Below, one piece after another: positions 42,890 to 52,229 of a stretch of 64,000 nt of DNA. The notes beneath the pieces were generated by a model. The model was not told where the DNA came from, did no database searches, and saw only the letters and a program-made list of their open reading frames with translations. Origin of the DNA: Nostoc sp. DedSLP01. GTDB lineage: Bacteria > Cyanobacteriota > Cyanobacteriia > Cyanobacteriales > Nostocaceae. Position 1 is the stretch's first letter, and every line of letters begins with the position of its first letter. A program made the position numbers and the translations under genes. The stretch spans positions 1 to 64,000 of the forward strand of contig JAVRCJ020000038.1 of NCBI GenBank assembly GCA_034530875.2. The letters are read 5' to 3'.

Positions 42890-43681
42890 ATGTCATCCCT
42901 AATTAATTCTGTGAATCCCTGGCTGCTGGGATTAGGATTAAACACAATTTTATTGGGTTTAGCTGCGATCGCTCCTAAAAAACTACTGACTCCAGCAGGA
43001 TTATTCCACGCCTGGGTACTAGCCATATTAATTTGGGGTACTTTAGGCTGGCAAGGTTATGCAGTAGTAATGTTCTATTTTCTTGTTGGTTCTGGCGTTA
43101 CTCGCATCGGTATGGCACAGAAGGAAGCAGAAGGAATTGCCGAAAAGCGTTCTGGCGCCAGAGGCCCCGAAAACGTCTGGGGTTCGGCTTTGACTGGCGC
43201 ATTGTGCGCTTTAGGAGTAGGGCTACTTAATTCAGGATTCATTCTACCCCAATCCCCAATCCCCAATCCCCAATCCCTACTCTTATTAGCTTATGTAGCC
43301 AGTTTCAGTACCAAGCTAGCCGATACCACTGCAAGCGAAGTTGGTAAAGCTTATGGTAAAAGTACGTTTTTAATCACCACCCTGCAACCAGTCCCCCGCG
43401 GTACTGAAGGAGCAGTAAGCTTAGAAGGAACTTTAGCTGGTGTGGTGGGTTCCGTAGCGATCGCATTTGTTGCTTGGGGAGTTGGTTTAATAGATTTATT
43501 GGGCATAGTTTGGTGTGTCTTGGCAGCATTTATCGCCACTAATTTAGAAAGTGTCATTGGCGCAACACTGCAATCAAAATATACCTGGATGACCAATGAA
43601 GTGGTCAATATTTTTAATACCTTAATTGGTGCGATCGCAGCTGTAATATTTGCTTGGGTATGGAGTATTGGGCGCTGGTAA
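42890..43681 (+). CDS. DUF92/TIGR00297 membrane protein (VTE6-like)
   Basis: GARGPENVWGS, KLADTTASEVG, GTEGAVSLEGT, NLESVIGA. Confidence 0.9.
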   Translation: MSSLINSVNPWLLGLGLNTILLGLAAIAPKKLLTPAGLFHAWVLAILIWGTLGWQGYAVVMFYFLVGSGVTRIGMAQKEAEGIAEKRSGARGPENVWGSALTGALCALGVGLLNSGFILPQSPIPNPQSLLLLAYVASFSTKLADTTASEVGKAYGKSTFLITTLQPVPRGTEGAVSLEGTLAGVVGSVAIAFVAWGVGLIDLLGIVWCVLAAFIATNLESVIGATLQSKYTWMTNEVVNIFNTLIGAIAAVIFAWVWSIGRW

Positions 43682-44108
43682 GCAACTAGCCCAGAAAATA
43701 AACAATCAATTCTTTGCAGCTATTTTGATTAATTTTGTCTAGTTAGGCGATTATTTGCTATAATAGTAAACTTTTAAAAAATTATCGCTTGCTTTTGCTT
43801 GCTCTGGAGCGATCGCTCAAATATTCATTCCTGTTGTGTGTTCCAAAGAGCGTATAACTAATCATGAAAAATTATATTATCAAGAAGGCGTGATGACGAC
43901 AAACTGAACTTGCGATCGATTCCTGACTGTGAGCGTTATAGCGTCAAATTTTTACTTCTTCAATTAGCAGTTATATATTTTTTTTACCCTTTCGAGTTAA
44001 TTAGTTTATAGAATCTTTATCATAATTACCCGTCAATGACAAGATTATTTCTATATGATTTAATTTAAAAGTCCTATAAGTGTTTAACCATTTTTACATA
44101 ATTAGTTC

Positions 44109-44891
44109 ATGGAATCTTTACCATTTTTGATTGTCGATGACCAAACTATTTCTATTGAGGAAGCAGTAAAATACCTGCAAGCCTCAGGGAAACTAGGACA
44201 GTTCATTGGCGATATTCTCCGGCAACACGTAATTGAGCAAGAAATACGGACGCGAGATGATATTGAAATTAGTTCAGCAATAACTGAACAAGCAATTATT
44301 GATTTTAGGCTGAAAAATCAATTGACTGACCCCCAAAGTTTTCAAGAATGGTTAAAGAGAAATAATACAGATTACACAACCTTTCATACATCGGTTGCTT
44401 TTGGTTACAAACTAGAAAAACTCAAAGCTGTAATTAGCGAACCAAAGCTTCCAGAATATTTTATCGAACGCAAAATTTTTTTAGACAGGGTAGTACTTTC
44501 TCGGATTGTTGTTGATAATCGAGAACTTGCAGACGAACTACAAATTCAAATTGAAGAAGGAGGTAGCTTTGAGCAATTAGCTAGAGAGTATTCACTTGCA
44601 GATGACCGAGTTGTGAACGGCATGATGGGGCCAATTAGCCGAGGAAGTCTGCCGGATACACTACGGGCAGCTATTGATATAGCAAGCCCCGGACAAGTGG
44701 TAGGCCCGATAGAAATGGTTGGCGGAACTTCTTTGCAAGGAGAAGCACCTTACGGTTTGTTTCGAGTAGAACAATTTCTGCCATCATCCTTAGAAGATAC
44801 TCAACTAAAGCAAGCACTACAAAATGAATTATTTGACAAATGGCTAGCAGAGAAAATTCAAAAACTGACAGTCAAATTACAAGTGAGTTAA
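44109..44891 (+). CDS. PpiC/parvulin-like peptidyl-prolyl isomerase
   Basis: SFEQLAREYS, GMMGPI, GQVVGPI; directly upstream of a type I secretion ABC transporter. Confidence 0.85.
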   Translation: MESLPFLIVDDQTISIEEAVKYLQASGKLGQFIGDILRQHVIEQEIRTRDDIEISSAITEQAIIDFRLKNQLTDPQSFQEWLKRNNTDYTTFHTSVAFGYKLEKLKAVISEPKLPEYFIERKIFLDRVVLSRIVVDNRELADELQIQIEEGGSFEQLAREYSLADDRVVNGMMGPISRGSLPDTLRAAIDIASPGQVVGPIEMVGGTSLQGEAPYGLFRVEQFLPSSLEDTQLKQALQNELFDKWLAEKIQKLTVKLQVS

Positions 44892-47566
44892 AAATTCTGG
44901 ATAATGAATCTCTACGATTAGAAGTGCTAGCTTCTTTACCTTGGAATCAAGCGCCTTTATGTTGGTTGACTCCAGAACAGCAATTGAGATTGCAAGATGA
45001 ATCGCAAGCTTGTCAGTATCGTTTAGGAGATAGAATCTGGTCAAGCGATGTCGGCGGTTACCAATTCTTTATTGTGGCTGGTAAAGTGCGTTTGCGAGAT
45101 GGTAGAGCAAACTCATCCAACGGACTCTCTCAAGAACGCCTTGCCAAACCCATCGCCGCCCTTGAAGCCGGAGATTGGTTTGGCGATTTACAAAAGCTAT
45201 CTGCGGATTTTAAAGCCGTAGCTGCAAGTAAAGAAGTCATAGTCCTGTGTTGGCGTACAGCACTGTGGGCAGAATTTTCTAACCCACAAATTCAGGAATT
45301 TTGGCAAGCGTTACCAGTGGAAAGGGAACCAGAAAAAGAGACATTTTCCTACTCTCCCACAATTCCACTACCGCCAGCTACTGAGGAAACTCTTCCCGTC
45401 CAACCCCAAAAAGGACTTCCAGCCGCCAATCTCATCGTTCCAAATTATCCTTTTGTTGCCAGTTGGAACACTGCTGCTGCATGTTTAACAATGGTGACGC
45501 AACAATTAGAAAATTCCGTGCAACTGGAATGGGTGCAACGCCAACTCAGAGGACAACGCCCCAAAAATGTTGTGGAAGCAGCCGAAAAGATGGGCTTAGT
45601 GTTGCGGCGGTTACAAGTAAGTTGGAGCGATTTGCGGCAAATAACATTTCCAGCTTTATTGTTGTGGAATTCCGATTTACCGCAGAGTCCATCTTGGGTG
45701 GTAGCTTATGGAATGAGAGGCGATCGCTTGATTATCGCTAACCCTCTAAATCCCGATCGCTTTTGTGAAACTTTGCCCCAGTCAGTAGTTGAAGCGTCTT
45801 GGGATGGACAACTCTGGCAAGTAGAACTGATATCACAACAAGAAAAATTTAACCTCAGTTGGTTTACCCCGGCAGTTTGGAAGTATAGAGGATTGCTAAC
45901 TGAAGTATTGCTAGCATCTTTTACCTTGCAGCTTTTGGGCTTGACAACACCGCTGATTACCCAAGTCGTCATTGATAAAGTCATGGTGCAGGAGAGTTTG
46001 CCGACTCTTGATGTCATGGCGATCGCTTTATTGTTTGTCGCCATATTTGAGTCAATACTCGGCATTCTGCGCTTATTTATCTTTACTCATACAGCTCGCC
46101 GTCTGGATTTGAGTTTATCAGCACAGCTGTTTCGCCATTTGATGCGTTTGCCTTTGGCTTATTTTGAGTCGCGGCGCGTCGGAGACACAGTAGCGCGAGT
46201 CCAAGAACTCGAACAAATTCGGCAATTTCTTACAGGTACAGCATTAACCGTAATTTTAGATAGCATCTTTGCTGTGGTTTACCTAGCATTGATGTTTTAC
46301 TATAATATTCCCCTTACCTTTGTAGCTTTAGCAGTATTGCCGCTATTTGCTACCTTGACAATAGTTGCAACACCAATTCTGCGTAACTGGCTTAACGAAA
46401 CTTTTAACCGTTCTGCTGATAGCCAATCATTTTTAGTTGAAACAGTCACCGGCATTCACTCCGTTAAAGCTCATGCAGCCGAACCAGTAGCACGCGATCG
46501 CTGGGAAGGCTTATTTGCGCGCTTCATCCGCACAGGTTTTAAAGCCTCTACCACCTCCAACATCAGCAGCAATCTTGGTGACTTTCTCACCAATTTTTCC
46601 ACCATGCTGATTCTCTGGTTTGGAGCCAAATTAGTCATCGAGCAAAAGCTCACAGTCGGACAACTTGTTGCCTTTCAAATGTTGTCCGGTAGAGTCACAG
46701 GGCCGCTTTTGCGCTTAGTGCAATTGTGGCAGAATCTCCAACAAGTCCTACTTTCCGTAGACCGCATTGGTGATATACTCAACGTCTCCCCAGAAGCCGA
46801 ACCGGGAACTGGCTTAGTTTTACCACCCCTAAAAGGTCAAGTCACCTTCGAGCAAGTATTTTTCCGCTACCGACCGAACTTTGAACCAGTTCTGCGGGGA
46901 ATATCTTTCAATGCCGACCCAGGACAATTTATTGGCATTGTCGGACGCAGCGGTTCTGGTAAAAGTACACTTTCAAAATTATTGCAACGCCTTTATCAAA
47001 TTGAATCAGGACGCATCCTAATTGATGGTTTTGATATTAAAAGTGCCGATTTAGCATCACTGCGGCAACAAATTAGTGTAGTTCTCCAAGAAGACTTTTT
47101 ATTTAACGGTTCTATTTTGGACAATATCACTCTCGGTAATCCCGACATTAGCGCAGAGCAAGTGGTAGAAGCAGCAAGACTAGCTGTAGCACACGATTTC
47201 ATCAGTCAATTACCTTACGGTTATGAAACCAATGTAGGCGAACGCGGCACCGCTTTATCTGGCGGACAGAGACAACGCATTGCTCTAGCAAGGTTATTTC
47301 TCTCCCAAGCGCCGATTTTAGTTTTGGATGAAGCTACCAGCGCTTTGGACAGTGAAACCGAACAACAAGTACTACAAAACTTGCAAAAAGTTTCCGCTAA
47401 CCGTACCGTTTTTCTGATTGCTCACCGCTTCGCTCCCCTCAAACGTGCCGATATGATTTTGGTATTAGAGCAAGGCGTGATTGCTGAACGTGGTACTCAC
47501 TCACAGTTATTGCAACAAAAAGGCTTGTACTGGTCGCTATATCAACGGCAGCAAGCAAATATATAG
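44840..47566 (+). CDS. Type I secretion ABC transporter (HlyB-like) with cNMP-like and degenerate C39-like domains
   Basis: GRSGSGKS, LSGGQRQR, LDEAT; C39-like region SWNTAAACL / PSWVVAY lacks the catalytic Cys/His positions. Confidence 0.92.
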   Translation: MASRENSKTDSQITSELKILDNESLRLEVLASLPWNQAPLCWLTPEQQLRLQDESQACQYRLGDRIWSSDVGGYQFFIVAGKVRLRDGRANSSNGLSQERLAKPIAALEAGDWFGDLQKLSADFKAVAASKEVIVLCWRTALWAEFSNPQIQEFWQALPVEREPEKETFSYSPTIPLPPATEETLPVQPQKGLPAANLIVPNYPFVASWNTAAACLTMVTQQLENSVQLEWVQRQLRGQRPKNVVEAAEKMGLVLRRLQVSWSDLRQITFPALLLWNSDLPQSPSWVVAYGMRGDRLIIANPLNPDRFCETLPQSVVEASWDGQLWQVELISQQEKFNLSWFTPAVWKYRGLLTEVLLASFTLQLLGLTTPLITQVVIDKVMVQESLPTLDVMAIALLFVAIFESILGILRLFIFTHTARRLDLSLSAQLFRHLMRLPLAYFESRRVGDTVARVQELEQIRQFLTGTALTVILDSIFAVVYLALMFYYNIPLTFVALAVLPLFATLTIVATPILRNWLNETFNRSADSQSFLVETVTGIHSVKAHAAEPVARDRWEGLFARFIRTGFKASTTSNISSNLGDFLTNFSTMLILWFGAKLVIEQKLTVGQLVAFQMLSGRVTGPLLRLVQLWQNLQQVLLSVDRIGDILNVSPEAEPGTGLVLPPLKGQVTFEQVFFRYRPNFEPVLRGISFNADPGQFIGIVGRSGSGKSTLSKLLQRLYQIESGRILIDGFDIKSADLASLRQQISVVLQEDFLFNGSILDNITLGNPDISAEQVVEAARLAVAHDFISQLPYGYETNVGERGTALSGGQRQRIALARLFLSQAPILVLDEATSALDSETEQQVLQNLQKVSANRTVFLIAHRFAPLKRADMILVLEQGVIAERGTHSQLLQQKGLYWSLYQRQQANI

Positions 47567-47613
47567 CAGATTTCACCCTTCAAAGCTTGCGATCGCTTAA
47601 AAAAGAAACGTTT

Positions 47614-47647
47614 GGCGAATGGAATTATTATCTTCCATTCGCCTTTT
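47614..47647 (+). terminator. Intrinsic terminator
   Basis: GGCGAATGGAA-loop-TTCCATTCGCC-TTTT. Confidence 0.75.
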
Positions 47648-47652
47648 AAATT

Positions 47653-47808
47653 TAATGCGAATTCGACCAACCTCTCCCTGTCTTGAACTAGTGTTCAAGT
47701 CTGTCCCTCTCCGAATCGGAGAGGGACGGTTTTATGTAGTAAAACCAGGGAGAGGTTTTTTATTTGGCTAATTAGACGGACACTATATAAACCGTCGAAT
47801 TCACGTTA
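47653..47808. mobile_element. MITE-like element with a four-way cloverleaf core
   Basis: Outer inverted repeat TAATGCGAATTCGAC / GTCGAATTCACGTTA; core closing stem AACCTCTCCCTG / CAGGGAGAGGTT with three hairpins. Confidence 0.65.
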
Positions 47809-47878
47809 AATTTATTAAAAATTTTTCCATTGCTAATTTCATGCATGAAAACGATTGTGCATGATATCGAAATCCATG

Positions 47879-47905
47879 TAGAGACGTTGCAATGCAACGT
47901 CTCTA
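47879..47905. repeat. REP-like perfect palindrome
   Basis: TAGAGACGTTGCA-A-TGCAACGTCTCTA. Confidence 0.75.
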
Positions 47906-47978
47906 AATTTTCTTCTACTCTTTATTGCTATTAAAGTGATATCATTGTAGTATCAAAAATATATTTTAAAACCAAATT

Positions 47979-48908
47979 ATGAAGCAGCAAATCAGCGAAT
48001 TTCCTGCGTTTAAAGTCAACGGCTTTATAGCCTTGGGCCTAGTCTTCGCTTTAGCGATTTTTGGCAGTTGGCAGGTTTGGTCAACCATACAGGGATTGAT
48101 AGAAGTATTAGGCAGAAGTCTGAAGGTCGGAGATTTTGCCGACTTAGCAGAAATAGGTGCATGGTTAGGAGCGACACTTATCGTACTAGTAATTCCTTCA
48201 ATGTCAGGCTTCTTGACAGTTGAGCCAAATCAAGCAGTAGTACTAGTCTTTTTTGGGCGTTACGTTGGTACTATCCAGGAAGCAGGATTTTGGTGGACTA
48301 ACCCTTTTACCGATAAACGCAAGGTATCTTTACGGGTTCGCAACTTTAACAGCAAAATATTAAAAGTCAACGATGCTCAAGGCAGCCCAATAGAGATTGC
48401 AGCTGTAATAGTGTGGCAAGTAATAGAGCCAGCTAAATCTAGATTTGCGGTTGATGACTACGAGCAATTTGTCGCCATTCAAAGCGAGACAGCAATACGA
48501 GCTTTAGCAATTCGCTATCCTTATGACGCGCCTGACGAACAATCAATTCCTTCATTGCGTGGGGTACCTGACGAAATTGCGCTTTTCCTTCAACAAGAAT
48601 TGCAAGCCAGACTTGAAGTTGCAGGAGTTGAAGTCTTAGAAGCAAAACTTTCTCACCTTGCTTATGCTCCAGAAATTGCTCAAATGATGCTGCGTCGTCA
48701 ACAAGCCAAAGCAATGATTGATGCGCGGCGGCAAATTGTTGAGAGTGCAGTGGGGATGGTTGATGAAGCACTAAAACGAATCAGCGAACAACAAATGATT
48801 GATTTAGATGACGAACGCAAAGCTACTATGATTAACAATCTGCTGATTGTTTTAACTTCAGAACAAAACGTTCAACCAGTGGTTAATGCTGGCAGCCTTT
48901 ACACCTAA
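47979..48908 (+). CDS. SPFH/Band 7 domain protein
   Basis: Two TMs, [42 protein letters not shown]. Confidence 0.92.
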   Translation: MKQQISEFPAFKVNGFIALGLVFALAIFGSWQVWSTIQGLIEVLGRSLKVGDFADLAEIGAWLGATLIVLVIPSMSGFLTVEPNQAVVLVFFGRYVGTIQEAGFWWTNPFTDKRKVSLRVRNFNSKILKVNDAQGSPIEIAAVIVWQVIEPAKSRFAVDDYEQFVAIQSETAIRALAIRYPYDAPDEQSIPSLRGVPDEIALFLQQELQARLEVAGVEVLEAKLSHLAYAPEIAQMMLRRQQAKAMIDARRQIVESAVGMVDEALKRISEQQMIDLDDERKATMINNLLIVLTSEQNVQPVVNAGSLYT

Positions 48909-48993
48909 TATTAATTTGTAATTCGTAATTCAAATTGTATTTAGGGTTCAAGGTTTGAATTTGTTGCCGAATTTTAGAGAATTGGTATGAGAC

Positions 48994-49221
48994 ATGAGTC
49001 AGAAAAAACGGTTTTTACTGCGTTTAGACCTTGAATTATACGAAGTGCTGGAAAAATGGTCTGCTGACGAATTAAGGAGCGTTAACGCGCAAATTGAGTA
49101 TCTGCTAACAGAAGCAGCACGCAAAAGAGGAAGATGGAAAGAAAATAAGTCTAAAAAAAATACTAAACAGAGCAAGATAGATACACAGATGCCAGACAAA
49201 TCAGATGATTTAAAAGAATAA
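48994..49221 (+). CDS. Arc/ribbon-helix-helix DNA-binding protein
   Basis: KKRFLLRLD...[17 protein letters not shown]. Confidence 0.85.
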   Translation: MSQKKRFLLRLDLELYEVLEKWSADELRSVNAQIEYLLTEAARKRGRWKENKSKKNTKQSKIDTQMPDKSDDLKE

Positions 49222-49572
49222 TTCAGAATACAGAAATCTGGTTATTTTACACAATCGGTAAAAGCGGTATGTTCATTCTAAATGATACTTCAGAAATAAG
49301 ATATATAACTTGAAAAATCAGTTAGTTATATGCTATTTAAAAATATCAAAATGTCATAACTTTGTGATGATAATTTAATATTGGATTGATAATTATAATC
49401 TTCATAAAAATCTCTAATTTGAAAATATTTTTTGTAGTAAAGTTAGCAATTTTTTCTGAAATTCCATAGTAATTATTGACAATGGGGCTTATTCACAGAT
49501 GAAAATTTGTGAGGCATGTTTATAAAGCTTCAGACTGTCAAAAACTATTGCTATTTCTGAGAAAAAATACTC

Positions 49573-51168
49573 ATGCTCAATGATGATGTTAGTAACAATT
49601 TGTTTTCCCAGAAAACATTAAATGCCACTTCAATATCCTCATTGAATGGATTTAATACTAAAGATGACTATAGTCTCAGTCTCAGCGGCCGTAGTAGCTA
49701 CAATTCAACTGATGCTGACGTGCAGACGTTAAATAAAAATCACTCAAAAATTAACATTAATAATACTGCTAATAGCAGTGGAAATTATAATTCTACAACT
49801 GGTTATGGCTTAATTAATTCAGCAGCAGCAGTGGCTAGAGTTATTGGTCAAAATACCTTTCCTGATGTTCCTAATCTTGGTGGCAATAATTGGGGAGCAG
49901 ACCTTGTAAAAGCACCAGAAGTTTGGGCACAAGGATACACAGGTCAAGGTGTTGTTGTTGCTGTTGTAGATACTGGAGTTGACCGCAACCACGAAGATTT
50001 AAAAAATAATATTTGGATGAATAGTAAAGAAATTGCAGATAACGGTATAGATGATGATGGCAATGGTTATGTTGATGACAATTACGGTTGGAACTTCTCT
50101 GATAAAAATAACAACACCTTAGATGGAAACGGTCATGGAACTCATGTTTCTGGCACGATCGCGGGAGAAAATAATGGCTATGGTGTCACTGGTATTGCAT
50201 ACAATGCCAAAATTATGCCTGTCAAAGTTTTAAACGACTCTGGTTCTGGTTCCTATAGTGCTATAGCTAAAGGCATTCGCTACGCTGCGGACAATGGTGC
50301 CGATGTAATTAACCTCAGCTTAGGAGGCAATTATTCTAATCGAACTCTAGAGTCAGCTATTGATTATGCCAGCAGCAAAGGAGTAATTGTAGTTATGGCA
50401 GCTGGTAATGATGGCGAACCATTGCCAGATTACCCCGCCCGCTATGCATACAAGTCAGGAATTGCTGTTGGGGCAGTAGACAGAGATAATAATATAGCTG
50501 ATTTCTCTAACAGAGCTGGAAGCAGCGAAATTTCATACGTGACAGCGCCAGGAGTCAACGTCTACTCCACACTTCCAGGTAACGATTATGGCAGTTATAG
50601 CGGTACTTCTATGGCTGCTCCCCATGTTGCTGGTGTAGTTGCCCTGATGCTGAGTGCTAACCCCAACCTCACTGATGCCCAAGTGCGTCAAATTGTTGCA
50701 GAATCCGCAGGAGATAGTACGCAAAGTACAAGCTCTAATTTTAATATTTCGGATGTGAATTCTTTGGCAAGTCAGGTAATTACACAAAGAGCAGAATACT
50801 TTATACCAAAAACTCTCTCTAGTTTTAAGAATTATGATTTTAGTACTTTCACCAGTCAGACGTTTCCAGAAACAACTCAATATCTGACGTCAGAGGATTT
50901 TTTTAGTATTAATAATTATAACAATACTGCTGTGAGCGATCGCTCGATTACACAAACAACAGAATATCTGACGCCATCTGAATACGATTCTGGATTAATT
51001 AACCCAGAATTATCGACTCAATATCTAAACTACGATGCAACATTTACAGCTATTAATAATGAGAATACCCCAACTGACAATAATATTGATTTTGCGAAAC
51101 TAATACAGCAAATGCAACAACAGTTTAAACAATTAGAAGAGATTAGAAAATTCTTAGGTATGGGCTAA
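49573..51168 (+). CDS. Subtilisin-like S8 serine peptidase
   Basis: VDTGVD, HGTHVSG, AAGN, GTSMAAPHV. Confidence 0.95.
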   Translation: MLNDDVSNNLFSQKTLNATSISSLNGFNTKDDYSLSLSGRSSYNSTDADVQTLNKNHSKININNTANSSGNYNSTTGYGLINSAAAVARVIGQNTFPDVPNLGGNNWGADLVKAPEVWAQGYTGQGVVVAVVDTGVDRNHEDLKNNIWMNSKEIADNGIDDDGNGYVDDNYGWNFSDKNNNTLDGNGHGTHVSGTIAGENNGYGVTGIAYNAKIMPVKVLNDSGSGSYSAIAKGIRYAADNGADVINLSLGGNYSNRTLESAIDYASSKGVIVVMAAGNDGEPLPDYPARYAYKSGIAVGAVDRDNNIADFSNRAGSSEISYVTAPGVNVYSTLPGNDYGSYSGTSMAAPHVAGVVALMLSANPNLTDAQVRQIVAESAGDSTQSTSSNFNISDVNSLASQVITQRAEYFIPKTLSSFKNYDFSTFTSQTFPETTQYLTSEDFFSINNYNNTAVSDRSITQTTEYLTPSEYDSGLINPELSTQYLNYDATFTAINNENTPTDNNIDFAKLIQQMQQQFKQLEEIRKFLGMG

Positions 51169-51293
51169 AATTTTTCATATTTTCAGTTACGTCAAGTGAG
51201 GACATTGCAAAAAAGTAAATTCCTGAAATTTATATTCAAGACTTACTTTCACTTGTTACTAGCATTTTTGATTTGATTTAATCTAACATTTTG

Positions 51294-52130
51294 TCAGCTT
51301 CCTCCCACATTCATTGCTGCTAAAACAGCTTTTTGGCTAACATCACTGTAAACAGTATTTAAATACTTCATCACCAAATCGCTGGAATTTGAACTTACGA
51401 GATTTTCCTCTTCCTTTGCTAGGGGAATTGCTCCTAAGACATCTAATCCTGTCTCGCTACCAGAAGGTGCAATTACTACCAAAGAGGACTCTAACGGTTC
51501 ATTATATTGCCAAAAACAGTCAAGCTTTACTGAGTATTTGTTGTCAGGAATTGACTGTTGAATCTCAGGCGTTTCTATGGTGTCGGTTTCAATCTTACCT
51601 TTACGTAACTGCCGTAAATCGCTGAGAATTTGCTCTTTGGTACGTCCGCGCAGCTGAAATAGTACAAAGGGATCTTCACTAAAGCGATCGCCTAACTGAT
51701 AGTATATCGCACCAATGTGTTTACAGGGATTTGCTTTATCAGGACAAGAGCATTTACTATGGACATCACCAAGGGTAAAAGGAAATAACGAAAGACCATT
51801 AGCTGTAAAGACTTCTGCTATATTTTGCGGCATTTCTCCCGCCAACAATTTGGCAGCAAAAATTGCTTTTTGGGACATTGTTTCAATAATATAACCCCAT
51901 TGTTCATCGCTAAAAGGATCGAGGGAAAGGGAAACTTTATAAGGTTCTGCTTCACTACCTTGTACCCTAGCCAATACTTTTGCACCTTGAAACTCAATGC
52001 TTAAAACATTTCCTTGGCGTGCATAGTTTCTAGCGCGTTCCAAACGCTTTTTAAAACGATAGGAATCTAGCAAATCTAGCCATTGTTGCGACCACCATTC
52101 TCGACTAGCTTGAAGAGTGTAATTAGTCAT
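51294..52130 (-). CDS. SWIM zinc-finger protein (SNF2-associated)
   Basis: RLERARNYAR, CSCPD...CKH, DPFVLFQLRG. Confidence 0.9.
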   Translation of the reverse strand: MTNYTLQASREWWSQQWLDLLDSYRFKKRLERARNYARQGNVLSIEFQGAKVLARVQGSEAEPYKVSLSLDPFSDEQWGYIIETMSQKAIFAAKLLAGEMPQNIAEVFTANGLSLFPFTLGDVHSKCSCPDKANPCKHIGAIYYQLGDRFSEDPFVLFQLRGRTKEQILSDLRQLRKGKIETDTIETPEIQQSIPDNKYSVKLDCFWQYNEPLESSLVVIAPSGSETGLDVLGAIPLAKEEENLVSSNSSDLVMKYLNTVYSDVSQKAVLAAMNVGGS

Positions 52131-52229
52131 AAGTTGTATGTATGTCTCATTAAAAATTCTTCCTGATTAAAACCTACTTTTTTATAGGTAGAGTATTCTG
52201 AATTCTGGATTCTGTATTCTGACTTCTGT

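Noticed and set aside
47669..47757. tRNA gene
   Set aside because: Cloverleaf lacks the T-loop/D-loop consensus, a 7-nt anticodon loop and a 7-bp acceptor stem.
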